From a virus (taxonomy: Duplodnaviria; Caudoviricetes): DNA of 43,415 bases. This document shows positions 1 through 8,812 of the stretch, one piece after another. The stretch's first letter is position 1. Every line of letters starts with the position of its first letter. The DNA is taken from IMG/VR virus record IMGVR_UViG_3300038336_000120, positions 1-43,415 of that record, one strand, 5' to 3'. The translations under genes were made by a program, and so were the position numbers. The notes under the pieces were generated by a model, which was not told where the DNA came from, made no database searches, and was given only the letters and a program-made list of their open reading frames with translations.

Positions 1-852
1 ATGACTTCGCAGACAGCATGGCAGCTTGAGTGGGCGTCGTTCATTTTTTGGGGCGGGGTTGGCGCGATAGTCTTTACCGGCTTTATCCTCTTTTTTTTCG
101 AGAAGGATAATGCGTCCCTGCTACTGGATTTGCACGCGAGTGAGGCATTGGTCGGCGAGCAGTCAGACCATATTCGCTACCTGGAACGACGTGAAGAGAT
201 TCTCCTTTCTTGGCAGTCGGTTACAAAGCTTCTTGCTGAGCTGTTAGATCAGGCGCTTACTACGCCGGATCTCAGCCATGAGAAGAAAAAGGTCTTCTTC
301 ACTGCGGTGGTAGAAATACTTGCCGACTATAAATTCTCGTTGTTTCGAATTGCAGATGAATACTGCAACATTTCGATCTACGAACACTCATCAGAAAAGA
401 ATTACCTAGAATGCATTGCCTGTTATCGATCGCGTCCTTCCGATGCGCTGGGTGACCACAGAACATGGAAAGTCGGAGAAGGGCATGTTGGGAAAGCCTT
501 TGAGTTGCAGCGAGAATTAATTTGCGGAAACTCATCTGCACCTGACATCAAGCCGTGGATCAGCGCATCGCCGAACAATTTCGATGCTCGTGATGATGAA
601 AGATATGTGTCGTTGGCGGCTGTGCCAATCGGAGTAAATGCAGAAGAGCCGGTCGGTGTGTTGATTGTAACAAGCAACGTGCCGATGCGCTTCGCAAACT
701 CCGATGAGAACCACGGGGATGAGAACCTTCGGGAGGAGCGCCGCCTAGCCGTCGCGGCATTGCAAGATTTTGCTGCACAAGTCGGTCAGCTTGTGGCAGT
801 GTTCAGACTAAGAGAGGCCATGCATGCCGAAGGAACCCCTGGCGATGAGTAA
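1..852 (+). CDS. Membrane-anchored GAF-domain protein (accessory; may be 5'-truncated)
   Basis: N-terminal hydrophobic helix (FIFWGGVGAIVFTGFILFFF), helical linker, GAF hallmarks (GEGHVGKAF...SLAAVPI...VGVLIVTS); lower GC than phage core. Confidence 0.7.
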   Translation: MTSQTAWQLEWASFIFWGGVGAIVFTGFILFFFEKDNASLLLDLHASEALVGEQSDHIRYLERREEILLSWQSVTKLLAELLDQALTTPDLSHEKKKVFFTAVVEILADYKFSLFRIADEYCNISIYEHSSEKNYLECIACYRSRPSDALGDHRTWKVGEGHVGKAFELQRELICGNSSAPDIKPWISASPNNFDARDDERYVSLAAVPIGVNAEEPVGVLIVTSNVPMRFANSDENHGDENLREERRLAVAALQDFAAQVGQLVAVFRLREAMHAEGTPGDE

Positions 853-1036
853 GGCGCAGAAATCATTCAGTTCTTTTGCGACTACGCGGATTGGTACGAT
901 CAACCGGGATATCGAAAAGAACATCAAGCTTGTTGTGTCCGGGTCACGTGGGGCTACCGGCGAAGCGATTTCTTCGGTCAAGAAGCGTCAGGCGCTTCTA
1001 TCGGCACGCCCGTTCAAAGCTAAGCAGCCTGCCTGA
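845..1036 (+). CDS. Small basic hypothetical protein
   Basis: ATG at 845 overlaps the end of the GAF gene; K/R-rich 63 aa; its stop abuts the convergent stop at 1037. Confidence 0.45.
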   Translation: MSKAQKSFSSFATTRIGTINRDIEKNIKLVVSGSRGATGEAISSVKKRQALLSARPFKAKQPA

Positions 1037-1420
1037 TCAGCGAAAAGCTCTAACTGCCTGCTCTTCCCAAGCATCGCCCGCCATGAAGCACAAATCATAG
1101 AGGCTGACCGCCGACGCCTCTCGGCCGCAGGTCAGCCGCTTCAGCACCTCCGGTGCCAGATAGGCCAACCGCAGTTGGCGGCTGACATGCCGCTCGGCCA
1201 ACCCCACGGCCTCGGCCAGTTCCTGAATGGTGGCGAACTCACCGGCATCCATGCGCCGTCGCCACCCCCATGCGCGGCCGATGGCACGCAGGATGTGCGG
1301 GTCCTGCGCTTGATCCTCGCTGGGCCGGTAGTTGGCGGGCGGCAGGATCTTCGGCCGCCCGTTCTTCTTGCGCACTTTCAACGGGATCAGCACGCGGATC
1401 GTATCGTCCGGCTTGGTCAT
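1037..1420 (-). CDS. Recombinase-associated small HTH protein
   Basis: ATGA overlap with recombinase stop; HTH-like TIQELAEAVGLAERHVSRQLRLAYLAP, resembling the C-terminal extension of longer serine recombinases. Confidence 0.75.
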   Translation of the reverse strand: MTKPDDTIRVLIPLKVRKKNGRPKILPPANYRPSEDQAQDPHILRAIGRAWGWRRRMDAGEFATIQELAEAVGLAERHVSRQLRLAYLAPEVLKRLTCGREASAVSLYDLCFMAGDAWEEQAVRAFR

Positions 1421-2745
1421 TCAGAAGCCTCCATCTCGCGCGGCGCGACCATTTCACGGATAACGCCCGCGATGCCTTCGCGGCGAATGTCGACCTCAAG
1501 CCCGACGGCAGTGACGGTTACTCGCCGCACCAGCAGCTGGATGATCCGTGCCTGCTCGGCCGGGAAGAGTAGCGACCAGAGGGCCTGGAACTCGTGCAGC
1601 GCCGCGATGGCATCCGCCTCAGATGCTCCGCCGCCGTCGCGTTTCAGAGCAGCCAACACCTGCGTGACGACCTCCGGCGTTTGGAGGATGCGCCGAACTT
1701 CGGTCACGACCGCTTCCTCGACCATTCCTGCGGCGAGCCGCATTGGCGCGGTCTCCTCGCCGGTCTCGCGGTTCCGGATCACGTCCATCGATACGTAGTA
1801 GCGGTAAATCTTCACGCCCTTCTTCGTGCTGGTTGGCGTCATGGCCGCGCCGGAGTCGCTGAAGATCAGCCCTTTCAGCAGCGCGGGTGTCTGCGCGCGG
1901 CTGTTGTTGGCACGCTTGCGCGGGCTTACCTTCAAAATGGAATGAGCGCGGTCCCAGCGGTCCGCGTCGATGATGGCGGCATGTTCGCCCGGATAGGACT
2001 TGCCCTTGTGCAGGGCCTCGCCGCGATAAACGCGGTTGTTAAGCACCCGGTAGAGGTAGCCCTTGTCGATCAGCGTGCCCTGCTTGTTGCGGAAACCATC
2101 GCGGCGGAGTTCCCGCGCCAGCACGGTGGCGGAGCCGAGTTCTATGAACCTCGCGAAGATCTGGCGAACGGATACCGCCTCGGCGTCATTCACCACCAGC
2201 TTGCGATCCTGCACATCGTAGCCGAGAGGCACGTAGCCGCCCATCCAGATGCCGCGCTTGCGCGATGCCGCCACCTTGTCGCGGATCCGCTCGCCGATGA
2301 CCTCGCGCTCGAATTGGGCGAAGGACAGCAGGATGTTTAGCGTCAGCCGCCCCATGGATGTGGTGGTGTTGAAGGACTGCGTCACCGAAACGAAGGTCAC
2401 GCCATTGCGGTCAAACACCTCGACCAGCTTGGAGAAGTCCATCAGCGAGCGCGACAGGCGGTCGATCTTGTAGACCACCACGATGTCGATCAGCCCATCG
2501 TCGATGTCTGTCAGCAACTGCTTCAGGCCGGGCCGGTCAAGAGTGCCGCCGGAAAACCCGCCATCGTCATAGCGCTCTCGCGTGGCGACCCAGCCCTCGG
2601 AGCGCTGGCTGACGATGTAGGCCTCGCAGGCTTCGCGCTGGGCGTCGAGGCTGTTGAATTCCATGTCGAGCCCTTCCTCGCTCGACTTGCGGGTGTAGAT
2701 GGCGCAGCGCAGTCGGCGGTTGGGGCGGGCGTTGATGTCCATCAC
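1417..2745 (-). CDS. Large serine recombinase (integrase)
   Basis: Catalytic motif CAIYTRKS, DDGGFSGG, VVVYKIDRLSRS, followed by recombinase domain (PLGYDV...YRG...H.AII). Confidence 0.95.
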   Translation of the reverse strand: MMDINARPNRRLRCAIYTRKSSEEGLDMEFNSLDAQREACEAYIVSQRSEGWVATRERYDDGGFSGGTLDRPGLKQLLTDIDDGLIDIVVVYKIDRLSRSLMDFSKLVEVFDRNGVTFVSVTQSFNTTTSMGRLTLNILLSFAQFEREVIGERIRDKVAASRKRGIWMGGYVPLGYDVQDRKLVVNDAEAVSVRQIFARFIELGSATVLARELRRDGFRNKQGTLIDKGYLYRVLNNRVYRGEALHKGKSYPGEHAAIIDADRWDRAHSILKVSPRKRANNSRAQTPALLKGLIFSDSGAAMTPTSTKKGVKIYRYYVSMDVIRNRETGEETAPMRLAAGMVEEAVVTEVRRILQTPEVVTQVLAALKRDGGGASEADAIAALHEFQALWSLLFPAEQARIIQLLVRRVTVTAVGLEVDIRREGIAGVIREMVAPREMEASE

Positions 2746-3242
2746 GCTTCCTCCCGTTTCCGCTCGCGCAAACCAAAGAAGCGGTATCCGTTCCAGCGCG
2801 TGCCGGTAATCTCACGCGCCACGGCCGAGAGCGATTTGAACCTGCGACCATTCCAGTCGAAGCCGTCCTTCAGCACGGTGACGGTGTTCTCGACCCCATC
2901 CCATTCGCGGATGAGCTTTGTGCCCACCACCGGATTGCGAGGATCGGCGATCTGGTGCTTGCGCCGATTGTGCCCTTCGACCTCGTCGGCCAGCAGGTCA
3001 AGCATGCGGCGGGTTTCGCGATCAGGGCCGCCGTAGGTCAGCTCCTGCAGCCGATACGCGATCCGAAGCTCCAGAAACGCTCGGCTGTTGTTCGGGGCGG
3101 CGGTGCCGATCAGCTTTTCCCATTCGACTTTCAGCTCCTTCACGGACATGGCTTTCAACGCGGCCAGGCGCGACAGAACCGTCTGATCCAAGCGTGGGTC
3201 TTGGCTTGGTTTCGAGGGAGATATCTTATTGTTTTGCTTCAT
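2742..3242 (-). CDS. DUF2924-family protein
   Basis: LRIAYRLQELTYGG, GTKLIREWDG, SLSAVAREITGTRWNGYRFFGL; ATG at 3242 with GGAGGG RBS; stop overlaps recombinase start. Confidence 0.85.
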   Translation of the reverse strand: MKQNNKISPSKPSQDPRLDQTVLSRLAALKAMSVKELKVEWEKLIGTAAPNNSRAFLELRIAYRLQELTYGGPDRETRRMLDLLADEVEGHNRRKHQIADPRNPVVGTKLIREWDGVENTVTVLKDGFDWNGRRFKSLSAVAREITGTRWNGYRFFGLRERKREEA

Positions 3243-3474
3243 AAATCCCTCCGATGCGGATACGTTTCGCACGACGACCACCGCTCTTTCGGGGCAAGAA
3301 GTCCACGAAACTGTCTCCGCCGTTGGCAGATAAATCACTGGGCTGAGCAGCGTTCAGGCGAACGACGCCAGCGGCCAGGATGCGGCCGATCTCCGCGAGG
3401 CGCGCCTCGGCCGACATCCGGTCGGGGCATAGGGGGTTGGGCCCCGAGATCGGGCCTTCTGATGTGGGTGACAT
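3226..3474 (-). CDS. Small hypothetical protein heading the recombinase operon
   Basis: 82 aa ORF (NPLCPDRMSAEARLAEIGRILAAGVVRL) overlapping the DUF2924 start; positional inference. Confidence 0.55.
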   Translation of the reverse strand: MSPTSEGPISGPNPLCPDRMSAEARLAEIGRILAAGVVRLNAAQPSDLSANGGDSFVDFLPRKSGGRRAKRIRIGGIYEAKQ

Positions 3475-3481
3475 GGCGACT

Positions 3482-3549
3482 TTTCGCGATTGGGATGATG
3501 GTCAAAAGGTATCGCGAAATCAGAAAAACACAAGTATTTCAATAGCTTG
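3482..3549. promoter_or_regulatory. Inverted repeat plus IHF-like site upstream of the recombinase operon
   Basis: TTTCGCGAT (3482-3490) / ATCGCGAAA (3511-3519); TTTCAATAGCTTG matches WATCAANNNNTTR with one mismatch; AT-rich. Confidence 0.4.
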
Positions 3550-3639
3550 TTGACAGTAGCGACTTATGAGAAGCACCGCGTATCCCTGCGCAAGATCGCC
3601 GCCGATTTGTTGACCGCCAAAGGCGATCGCCACGGCGAA

Positions 3640-4557
3640 TCAGCCTGCTTTGCCGCTCATGAACTTGTCGAAGGTGTCGAGAGTGGGTTCTTCCTCGAGT
3701 TCAGCCATCTCCCATCGCGACGGGCCACGGTCGGGATAGAGCAGCAGTGAAATCGACATCTCATTGCCGGGTGAGAACACGGTCATTTCGTGCACGGGTT
3801 CAGCGCCGAGCCAGATGCCAGCCGGGTGCAGACGGCCGTGACGACCGGTGTCCCAGTCCACCTCCTGCGCAGCAAGGGAGGCAGCTGGCAGCTCGACCAC
3901 GGTCTGACGGGCAGCATAGTAGATGCCCGACCTGATCAACGGTTCGCTGGACCATGCCCAGTCGACGAAGCCTTCCTTGCCGACCACGATCATGGCGCGC
4001 TTGTCGGTTATGGTCATCCATTTCAGGATCGCCGCGGTCAGCGACACGGCATAGCGGTCCGACAATTCGGTCATCACGTCGATGTCTATGACCCGTCCCT
4101 TGATTTGCTCACGGAAATCGTCAAGCGGCATCAACAGGTAGGAGGCGAAGATATTGGCCTCCCCTTCGATCCTGTTCCGCGCCTCATCCCAATCAGCCAT
4201 GTTGCGGTTGGTGCATTTGAGGCCGCCGGGATGGGCACGTCTGTGGAGCAGGTAGTGGCCCAGTTCATGCGCCAGCGTGAAGTTGCGCCGACCCGGGGAC
4301 CGGATGGTCTCATTGTAGATGATGCCCCATTCGCCTGATCCGCCCGGACGCGGCATCAACATGCCTTCGACGCCTTTGGAGAGATTCAGTCCCCCGACCA
4401 TCGTGATCGGTGCGTCCGGAAAGACCTGCTGCGAGAAGTCCTGCGCCAACGTGGCCACGTCGGTGGGGAAGCGCGGAAGCCCGTGCACAGCCTGATGCAC
4501 GGACAAGATCTTCGTCAGGCGGTTGGCCCAACTCTGAGGCGTCGCAGGCAGACTCAA
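3640..4557 (-). CDS. ImmA/IrrE (CapP-like) Zn metallopeptidase
   Basis: RRNFTLAHELGH (HExxH), EGEANIFASYLLMP, central HTH (LSDRYAVSLTAA) and a C-terminal GAF-like region; probable TTG start at 4557 overlapping the XRE stop. Confidence 0.9.
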   Translation of the reverse strand: MSLPATPQSWANRLTKILSVHQAVHGLPRFPTDVATLAQDFSQQVFPDAPITMVGGLNLSKGVEGMLMPRPGGSGEWGIIYNETIRSPGRRNFTLAHELGHYLLHRRAHPGGLKCTNRNMADWDEARNRIEGEANIFASYLLMPLDDFREQIKGRVIDIDVMTELSDRYAVSLTAAILKWMTITDKRAMIVVGKEGFVDWAWSSEPLIRSGIYYAARQTVVELPAASLAAQEVDWDTGRHGRLHPAGIWLGAEPVHEMTVFSPGNEMSISLLLYPDRGPSRWEMAELEEEPTLDTFDKFMSGKAG

Positions 4558-4874
4558 TCCTTTTTCCCCCACATGTCGATCATCTGGTTGATCTTGACCT
4601 GATCGTCGGGGTCGAGCTTGCTGAACTTGCGGAAAAAGGCCTCTTTCAAGACCTCTTCGCCGGGCTCTTCACTGTCATTGAGGAGGTAATCGGTCGTGAC
4701 CTCGAGGGCTTGGGCGATGCGGGTCAACTTCTCGCCTGACGGTTTGCGCGTATCGCGGTTCTCCAACTCCCAGATGTAACTCTTGCTCGAGTCGGTAATC
4801 TCGGCGAGCTTGTCGAGGGAGAATCCCTTTTCCTGGCGGTGGCGCTTGATCTTGGCGCCGAGGGACGTGGTCAT
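4554..4874 (-). CDS. XRE-family HTH repressor (ImmR/CapH-like)
   Basis: LGAKIKRHRQEKGFSLDKLAEITDSSKSYIWELEN; short C-terminal helical domain with AFFRKF; no S24 autopeptidase domain. Confidence 0.9.
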   Translation of the reverse strand: MTTSLGAKIKRHRQEKGFSLDKLAEITDSSKSYIWELENRDTRKPSGEKLTRIAQALEVTTDYLLNDSEEPGEEVLKEAFFRKFSKLDPDDQVKINQMIDMWGKKD

Positions 4875-4909
4875 AGGTTCATCCTTGATTTCCTTGGTTA
4901 CAGGAAGCG

Positions 4910-4977
4910 TGTTCGGTATGCCGAACAAAAACGTGCGGCGCAAGTAGACTCGGCGGCTTGTTCGATGTATATCGAAC
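4910..4977. promoter_or_regulatory. Two palindromic operators in the divergent switch region
   Basis: TGTTCGG-TATG-CCGAACA (4910-4927) and GTTCGAT-GTAT-ATCGAAC (4960-4977) share GTTCG/CGAAC half-sites. Confidence 0.65.
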
Positions 4978-5034
4978 GCAAGCGTATCTCGCTGCGCTGA
5001 TTCCTATCTCCTCCCGGCCAAGAAAGGGCCCCGT

Positions 5035-6261
5035 ATGACCGCCATTGCCGCCTTACTCCGTAAGACCCCCGTCACCCGTTTGCACGATTACTTCGCTGCC
5101 GGTGGGTTCACCTCTCTTTCGCCCATCGACTGGACCAAGCCCGAGCCGGACGTCGTCGAGCCGCTGATCAAGGCCGTGGACGGCATGTCCGACGACGAAA
5201 AGCAGCGGGTGGTCCTCGATGCCGGCCGTGTCGCGGTTCTCGCTGATGAACCGGGGCAGAACGCCCTGCAGAACGTCGTGCAGAACCGCGCTGTCTTCGA
5301 CACGCTGGAGGGAGCCAACAATCGCTCGCTGTGGGTTTTTCTGAAGGAGCCTGATCGGTTCCGCCTGGCGGAAGAGGTGCGCTACAACGACGAGCGTCGC
5401 CGGACGCGGTCCTGGAGCGGGTTTGGTGTTGATGCCGATCTGGAGGTGAAGAACGACCCGATCTCGCTCGCGGCGTTTACGGCGGCAATCCGCGCGCGGT
5501 TTGAAACGCCCAACGTCCATGTCGACATCTTCGACCGCCACCGGGTGGTCCTCGAGGGTGAAGAATGTGAGCTCGCCCAGGTCGCGGTCTACCGGGAAGG
5601 ACGCCCTGAGGACATGCTGGGCTTCGATGCCAACAGCACCTTGTCGCGCCGGATCGTGAAACCGGTCTTCGAGGCTGCGCTCACCTACGAGGCCGCGACC
5701 GGCGTGATCGAGGTCGTGGCCAAGACCCGTGAAGACCGGATCGATCTCACCCGCTTTATGGCACGCGATCTGCTGGGCATTACCCTTACAGAAGAGCAGA
5801 CGCTGCCTCTTCGCGAATACGACCTCAGCATGCTGCTCCGGCCCTTCGACTTCCCGACCGACCCTGCCGATGGGATCGAAAGCGTGACGGTCAAGGAATT
5901 GCGCCTGATGGATCTCGGCGATGCAAAGGAGCGTATCACGATTGAATCCATGTCGGGCGCCGACCGCACGATCTGGCAGATGGCGGAACACCGTATCGGA
6001 CTGGACATCGGGGGCGGTGCCCATGTGTTCGGTCACGCAGGTGACGTGCCGGAATGGGTGATTACCCGCGCACGTTTCACCATCAAATTCCATCCCGGCA
6101 CCTCGGGCGGTCGAGGAAAGTCTCTGGCCCTGACCGTGACCATGCCGCATGGCTGCAATCTGAAGGACATGACGCCGCAAGAGCGCCTGATCGGCGAGAA
6201 GTATCTGCGCCTCTGGGGCATTCTGAAAGACGACAATGATGAAGGCGACGTCCTTGAGTAG
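5035..6261 (+). CDS. Hypothetical protein (408 aa), first gene divergent from the repressor
   Basis: Long ORF with coding-like codon usage, AAAGGG RBS; no family recognised. Confidence 0.8.
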   Translation: MTAIAALLRKTPVTRLHDYFAAGGFTSLSPIDWTKPEPDVVEPLIKAVDGMSDDEKQRVVLDAGRVAVLADEPGQNALQNVVQNRAVFDTLEGANNRSLWVFLKEPDRFRLAEEVRYNDERRRTRSWSGFGVDADLEVKNDPISLAAFTAAIRARFETPNVHVDIFDRHRVVLEGEECELAQVAVYREGRPEDMLGFDANSTLSRRIVKPVFEAALTYEAATGVIEVVAKTREDRIDLTRFMARDLLGITLTEEQTLPLREYDLSMLLRPFDFPTDPADGIESVTVKELRLMDLGDAKERITIESMSGADRTIWQMAEHRIGLDIGGGAHVFGHAGDVPEWVITRARFTIKFHPGTSGGRGKSLALTVTMPHGCNLKDMTPQERLIGEKYLRLWGILKDDNDEGDVLE

Positions 6262-7180
6262 GCGGGCGATCGACCTCCTGCTGCGGGCCATGGAGGCCCG
6301 CAGCACGTCTCTGCAGGCATCGACGCTGCATCAGGTTTCGCGACGCGCGACCGACATGCTGCTCGAGGCCAAGCTGCTGGTGGCAAACGGGCATGTCCCA
6401 GTCGTTGCCGGGATGGACGACTACGAAGATGAGCCTATCGAGGCCACCTGGTCGCCCGAGCAAAAGTCATTTGGCTGCCAAGACAGCACTGGCCGCTGGA
6501 TCAAAGTCGACAATCAGGAGATCTCGGCGTGCAGGGTCGACTACGGGTTGGCGCTTGCCAGGATGCTGGTCGCGTTCGAGCGGGCCGGGCCACCACGCCC
6601 AGCTCCTCTGATCCTCGATCTTGTCTGGGACGTTGGCACCATCAAGCTTTCCGGAACGAAGGCCCCCGTGCCGATCTGGTTTGCGCGGCGGCTCGGGGAT
6701 CCTGCGGTCTGGTCACAGCTCGAAGGACTGTTCGTGCGCAGGCCGCCAGAGGAAGTTCGTGTCATCCTGACATCGACGCCGGGCGATCGTATTCCGGTCT
6801 ACACCCAGAAGCGCAATCACGTCATCAGCGCTGCAGACGTGATAGGGACCAGCAAGCTCGCGATCTCACCTCAAATTCTGGGAGCGCTGATCTTCCCCGG
6901 TCAGGTCCAGCGCAGGTTCCCGATCGATCACTCGGACGATTACGGGATCGTCTGGCTGCGAGGTGAGACCATCACCTTCCGCAGCGACAAGCAGCGGCAG
7001 CTGTTGGGCCTTTTGTTCGACTCGTATTGGGCGGGTTCACCCGAGTGTCGCACTTCGGCCGTTCTGTTTGAGGCGGGTTATAAGGATGGCACGAACGCCC
7101 TGGCAAAGGTCTTCAGCGGCCGTGACGATTGGCGTTCATTCATCAAGTACGCTGAGGGAAACTGCTGGATCGAGCCCTGA
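6236..7180 (+). CDS. Hypothetical protein with probable C-terminal winged-HTH
   Basis: Overlaps upstream stop (alternative TTG start 6254); the C-terminus (IVWLRGETITFRSDKQRQLLGLL...ALAKVFS...GNCWIEP) resembles OmpR-type wHTH topology. Confidence 0.7.
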   Translation: MMKATSLSRRAIDLLLRAMEARSTSLQASTLHQVSRRATDMLLEAKLLVANGHVPVVAGMDDYEDEPIEATWSPEQKSFGCQDSTGRWIKVDNQEISACRVDYGLALARMLVAFERAGPPRPAPLILDLVWDVGTIKLSGTKAPVPIWFARRLGDPAVWSQLEGLFVRRPPEEVRVILTSTPGDRIPVYTQKRNHVISAADVIGTSKLAISPQILGALIFPGQVQRRFPIDHSDDYGIVWLRGETITFRSDKQRQLLGLLFDSYWAGSPECRTSAVLFEAGYKDGTNALAKVFSGRDDWRSFIKYAEGNCWIEP

Positions 7181-7203
7181 TCCGAGCAAAAACACACGAT
7201 GAG

Positions 7204-7236
7204 AAAGGCCGCCTTCGGGGCGGCCTTTTACTTTTT
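7204..7236 (+). terminator. Rho-independent terminator
   Basis: AAAGGCCGCC-TTCGG-GGCGGCCTTT stem followed by TACTTTTT. Confidence 0.85.
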
Positions 7237-7244
7237 GTGGCTCT

Positions 7245-7288
7245 CCTACCGGTTGCCCTACCACCCGCCTTCCTGAGCCCTACCACCC
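7245..7288 (+). repeat. Helically phased CCT(A/T)CC direct repeats upstream of the early operon
   Basis: CCTACC 7245, CCTACC 7257, CCTTCC 7268, CCTACC 7279 (12/11/11 bp); GCCCTACCACCC is repeated exactly 22 bp apart. Confidence 0.7.
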
Positions 7289-7340
7289 CGTCGGCCATGT
7301 TGATCCCGCAAGTGTTCGCACAAATCCGAAGGAGGTTCAC

Positions 7341-7550
7341 ATGGCACTAAGACACCTGTCCCAGATCGAGCTGGCGGCTCGCTGGAACATTTCACACCGC
7401 ACGCTGGAGCGTTGGCGGTGGACGGGCGAAGGCCCGAAGTTCATCAAACTCGGTGGCCGGGTCATCTACCGGCTCGAAGACGTCGAGGCATTCGAGGTCG
7501 AGCAGATCCGCGGCTCGGACCACGAGCCCCATCGCCCGATGTCGGCATGA
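7341..7550 (+). CDS. AlpA/excisionase-like HTH protein
   Basis: LSQIELAARWNISHRTLERWRWTGEGPKFIKLGGRVIYRLEDVEAFE; AAGGAGG RBS. Confidence 0.85.
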   Translation: MALRHLSQIELAARWNISHRTLERWRWTGEGPKFIKLGGRVIYRLEDVEAFEVEQIRGSDHEPHRPMSA

Positions 7551-7561
7551 GGGGAGACGAC

Positions 7562-8047
7562 ATGACAATCTCTAACCATATCACCCTCGCGGACATCCAT
7601 CGCATGCCGGTGGGCCAGCTCGCAGCGCTGCCGGCGGATCAACTGGCAATGCTCAAAGACGCGGCCGATCAGCAGCTCACCCAAGCCAAAACGGTCTCTG
7701 ATTGGCTCGATGGTGCCATCTCCCTGAAATACGCTGACCGTGCTGCAGAATGCCGCTTTGAGGCCGGCAAGGACACCGGAACGATCCGCTTTGAGGACGG
7801 CGGCGTCACAGTGATCGCCGACCTGGTGAAGCGGATCGAATGGGATCAGGCGAAACTCGCCCAGATCGCCGAAAACATCGCCTCGGCGGGCGAAGACCCG
7901 GTCGAGTTCATCGAAACCACGCTGAAGGTGTCCGAGCGCAAATACACGGCGCTGCCTGAGTCCTGGCGCAAGGGGTTCGAACCCGCGCGCACGGTCCGCA
8001 CGGGCAAGCCCAAGTTTCGCCTGGTGCTGGGCGAGGAGGTGCGCTGA
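7562..8047 (+). CDS. Conserved phage early protein (recombination module)
   Basis: ATG 7562 after GGGGAG RBS; stop coupled to next start (TGATG). Confidence 0.75.
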   Translation: MTISNHITLADIHRMPVGQLAALPADQLAMLKDAADQQLTQAKTVSDWLDGAISLKYADRAAECRFEAGKDTGTIRFEDGGVTVIADLVKRIEWDQAKLAQIAENIASAGEDPVEFIETTLKVSERKYTALPESWRKGFEPARTVRTGKPKFRLVLGEEVR

Positions 8048-8793
8048 TGGCCATTTCACTCGCATCCCTGCGCACGACCTCGGCGCTGACGCCGCCGCGC
8101 ATCCTGATCCACGGCGTGGCCGGGGTCGGCAAATCCACCTTTGCGGCCGATGCCGACCGACCCGTGTTCATCATGACCGAGGATGGGCTTGGCAAGCTGC
8201 AGGTTCCGCATTTTCCGCTGGCAACCAGTTATGCCGAGGTGGCGGAGGCGCTCGACGCACTGCTGGTTGAGGACCACGATTTCGGGACTGTTGTCATCGA
8301 CAGCGTCGACTGGCTGGAGCCGCTGATCTGGGCCGAGGCGTGCAAGCGCAACGGCTGGCAGTCGATTGAAACCCCCGGCTTTGGCAAGGGCTATGCCGAG
8401 GCTGTTACTGTCTGGCGGGAATATCTCGACAAGCTGAACGCGCTGCGGGACCGCAAGGGCATGGTGATCATCCAGATTGCCCATACCGACATCAAGCGTT
8501 TCGACAGCCCCGAGCACGAGCCCTACGACCGGTATGTCATCAAGCTGCAGACCCGCGCCTCGGCGCTGCTGCAGGAACATTCCGATGTGGTGCTCTTCGC
8601 CAATTACCAGATCTCGGTCGCGAAATCCGATGTCGGCTTCAACAAGAAGGTGACCCGGGCGCTCGGGTCAGGTGCGCGCGCCATGCACACCGAAGAGCGC
8701 CCCGCCTTCCTCGCCAAGAACCGTTACGGCCTGCCGGACACCCTGCCGCTCGAGTGGTCAGAGTTTCTCGCAGCCATGCCCCAATCCGTTTAA
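8047..8793 (+). CDS. Sak4-like AAA_24 ATPase (phage recombinase)
   Basis: Walker A HGVAGVGKST, Walker B VVIDSVDWLE, IAH, AKNRYGLP; adjacent to DUF669 SSB. Confidence 0.85.
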   Translation: MAISLASLRTTSALTPPRILIHGVAGVGKSTFAADADRPVFIMTEDGLGKLQVPHFPLATSYAEVAEALDALLVEDHDFGTVVIDSVDWLEPLIWAEACKRNGWQSIETPGFGKGYAEAVTVWREYLDKLNALRDRKGMVIIQIAHTDIKRFDSPEHEPYDRYVIKLQTRASALLQEHSDVVLFANYQISVAKSDVGFNKKVTRALGSGARAMHTEERPAFLAKNRYGLPDTLPLEWSEFLAAMPQSV

Positions 8794-8812
8794 GCCTTGA
8801 AAGGATAAGACC

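Noticed and set aside
1-1100. attL/attR core repeats
   Set aside because: No convincing repeat shared by the two window ends; serine-integrase cores are very short and the window stops at gene boundaries.
4875-5034. Alphaproteobacterial LexA box (GTTC-N7-GTTC)
   Set aside because: GTTC half-sites here are inverted, not direct repeats with 7-bp spacing; the GTTC at 19870 also lacks a partner.
5053-6306. 417 aa antisense ORF (likewise 16535-17884, 26439-27557, 32882-34345, 38754-39986)
   Set aside because: Shadow ORFs opposite motif-bearing or well-positioned genes in high-GC DNA; no recognisable motifs.
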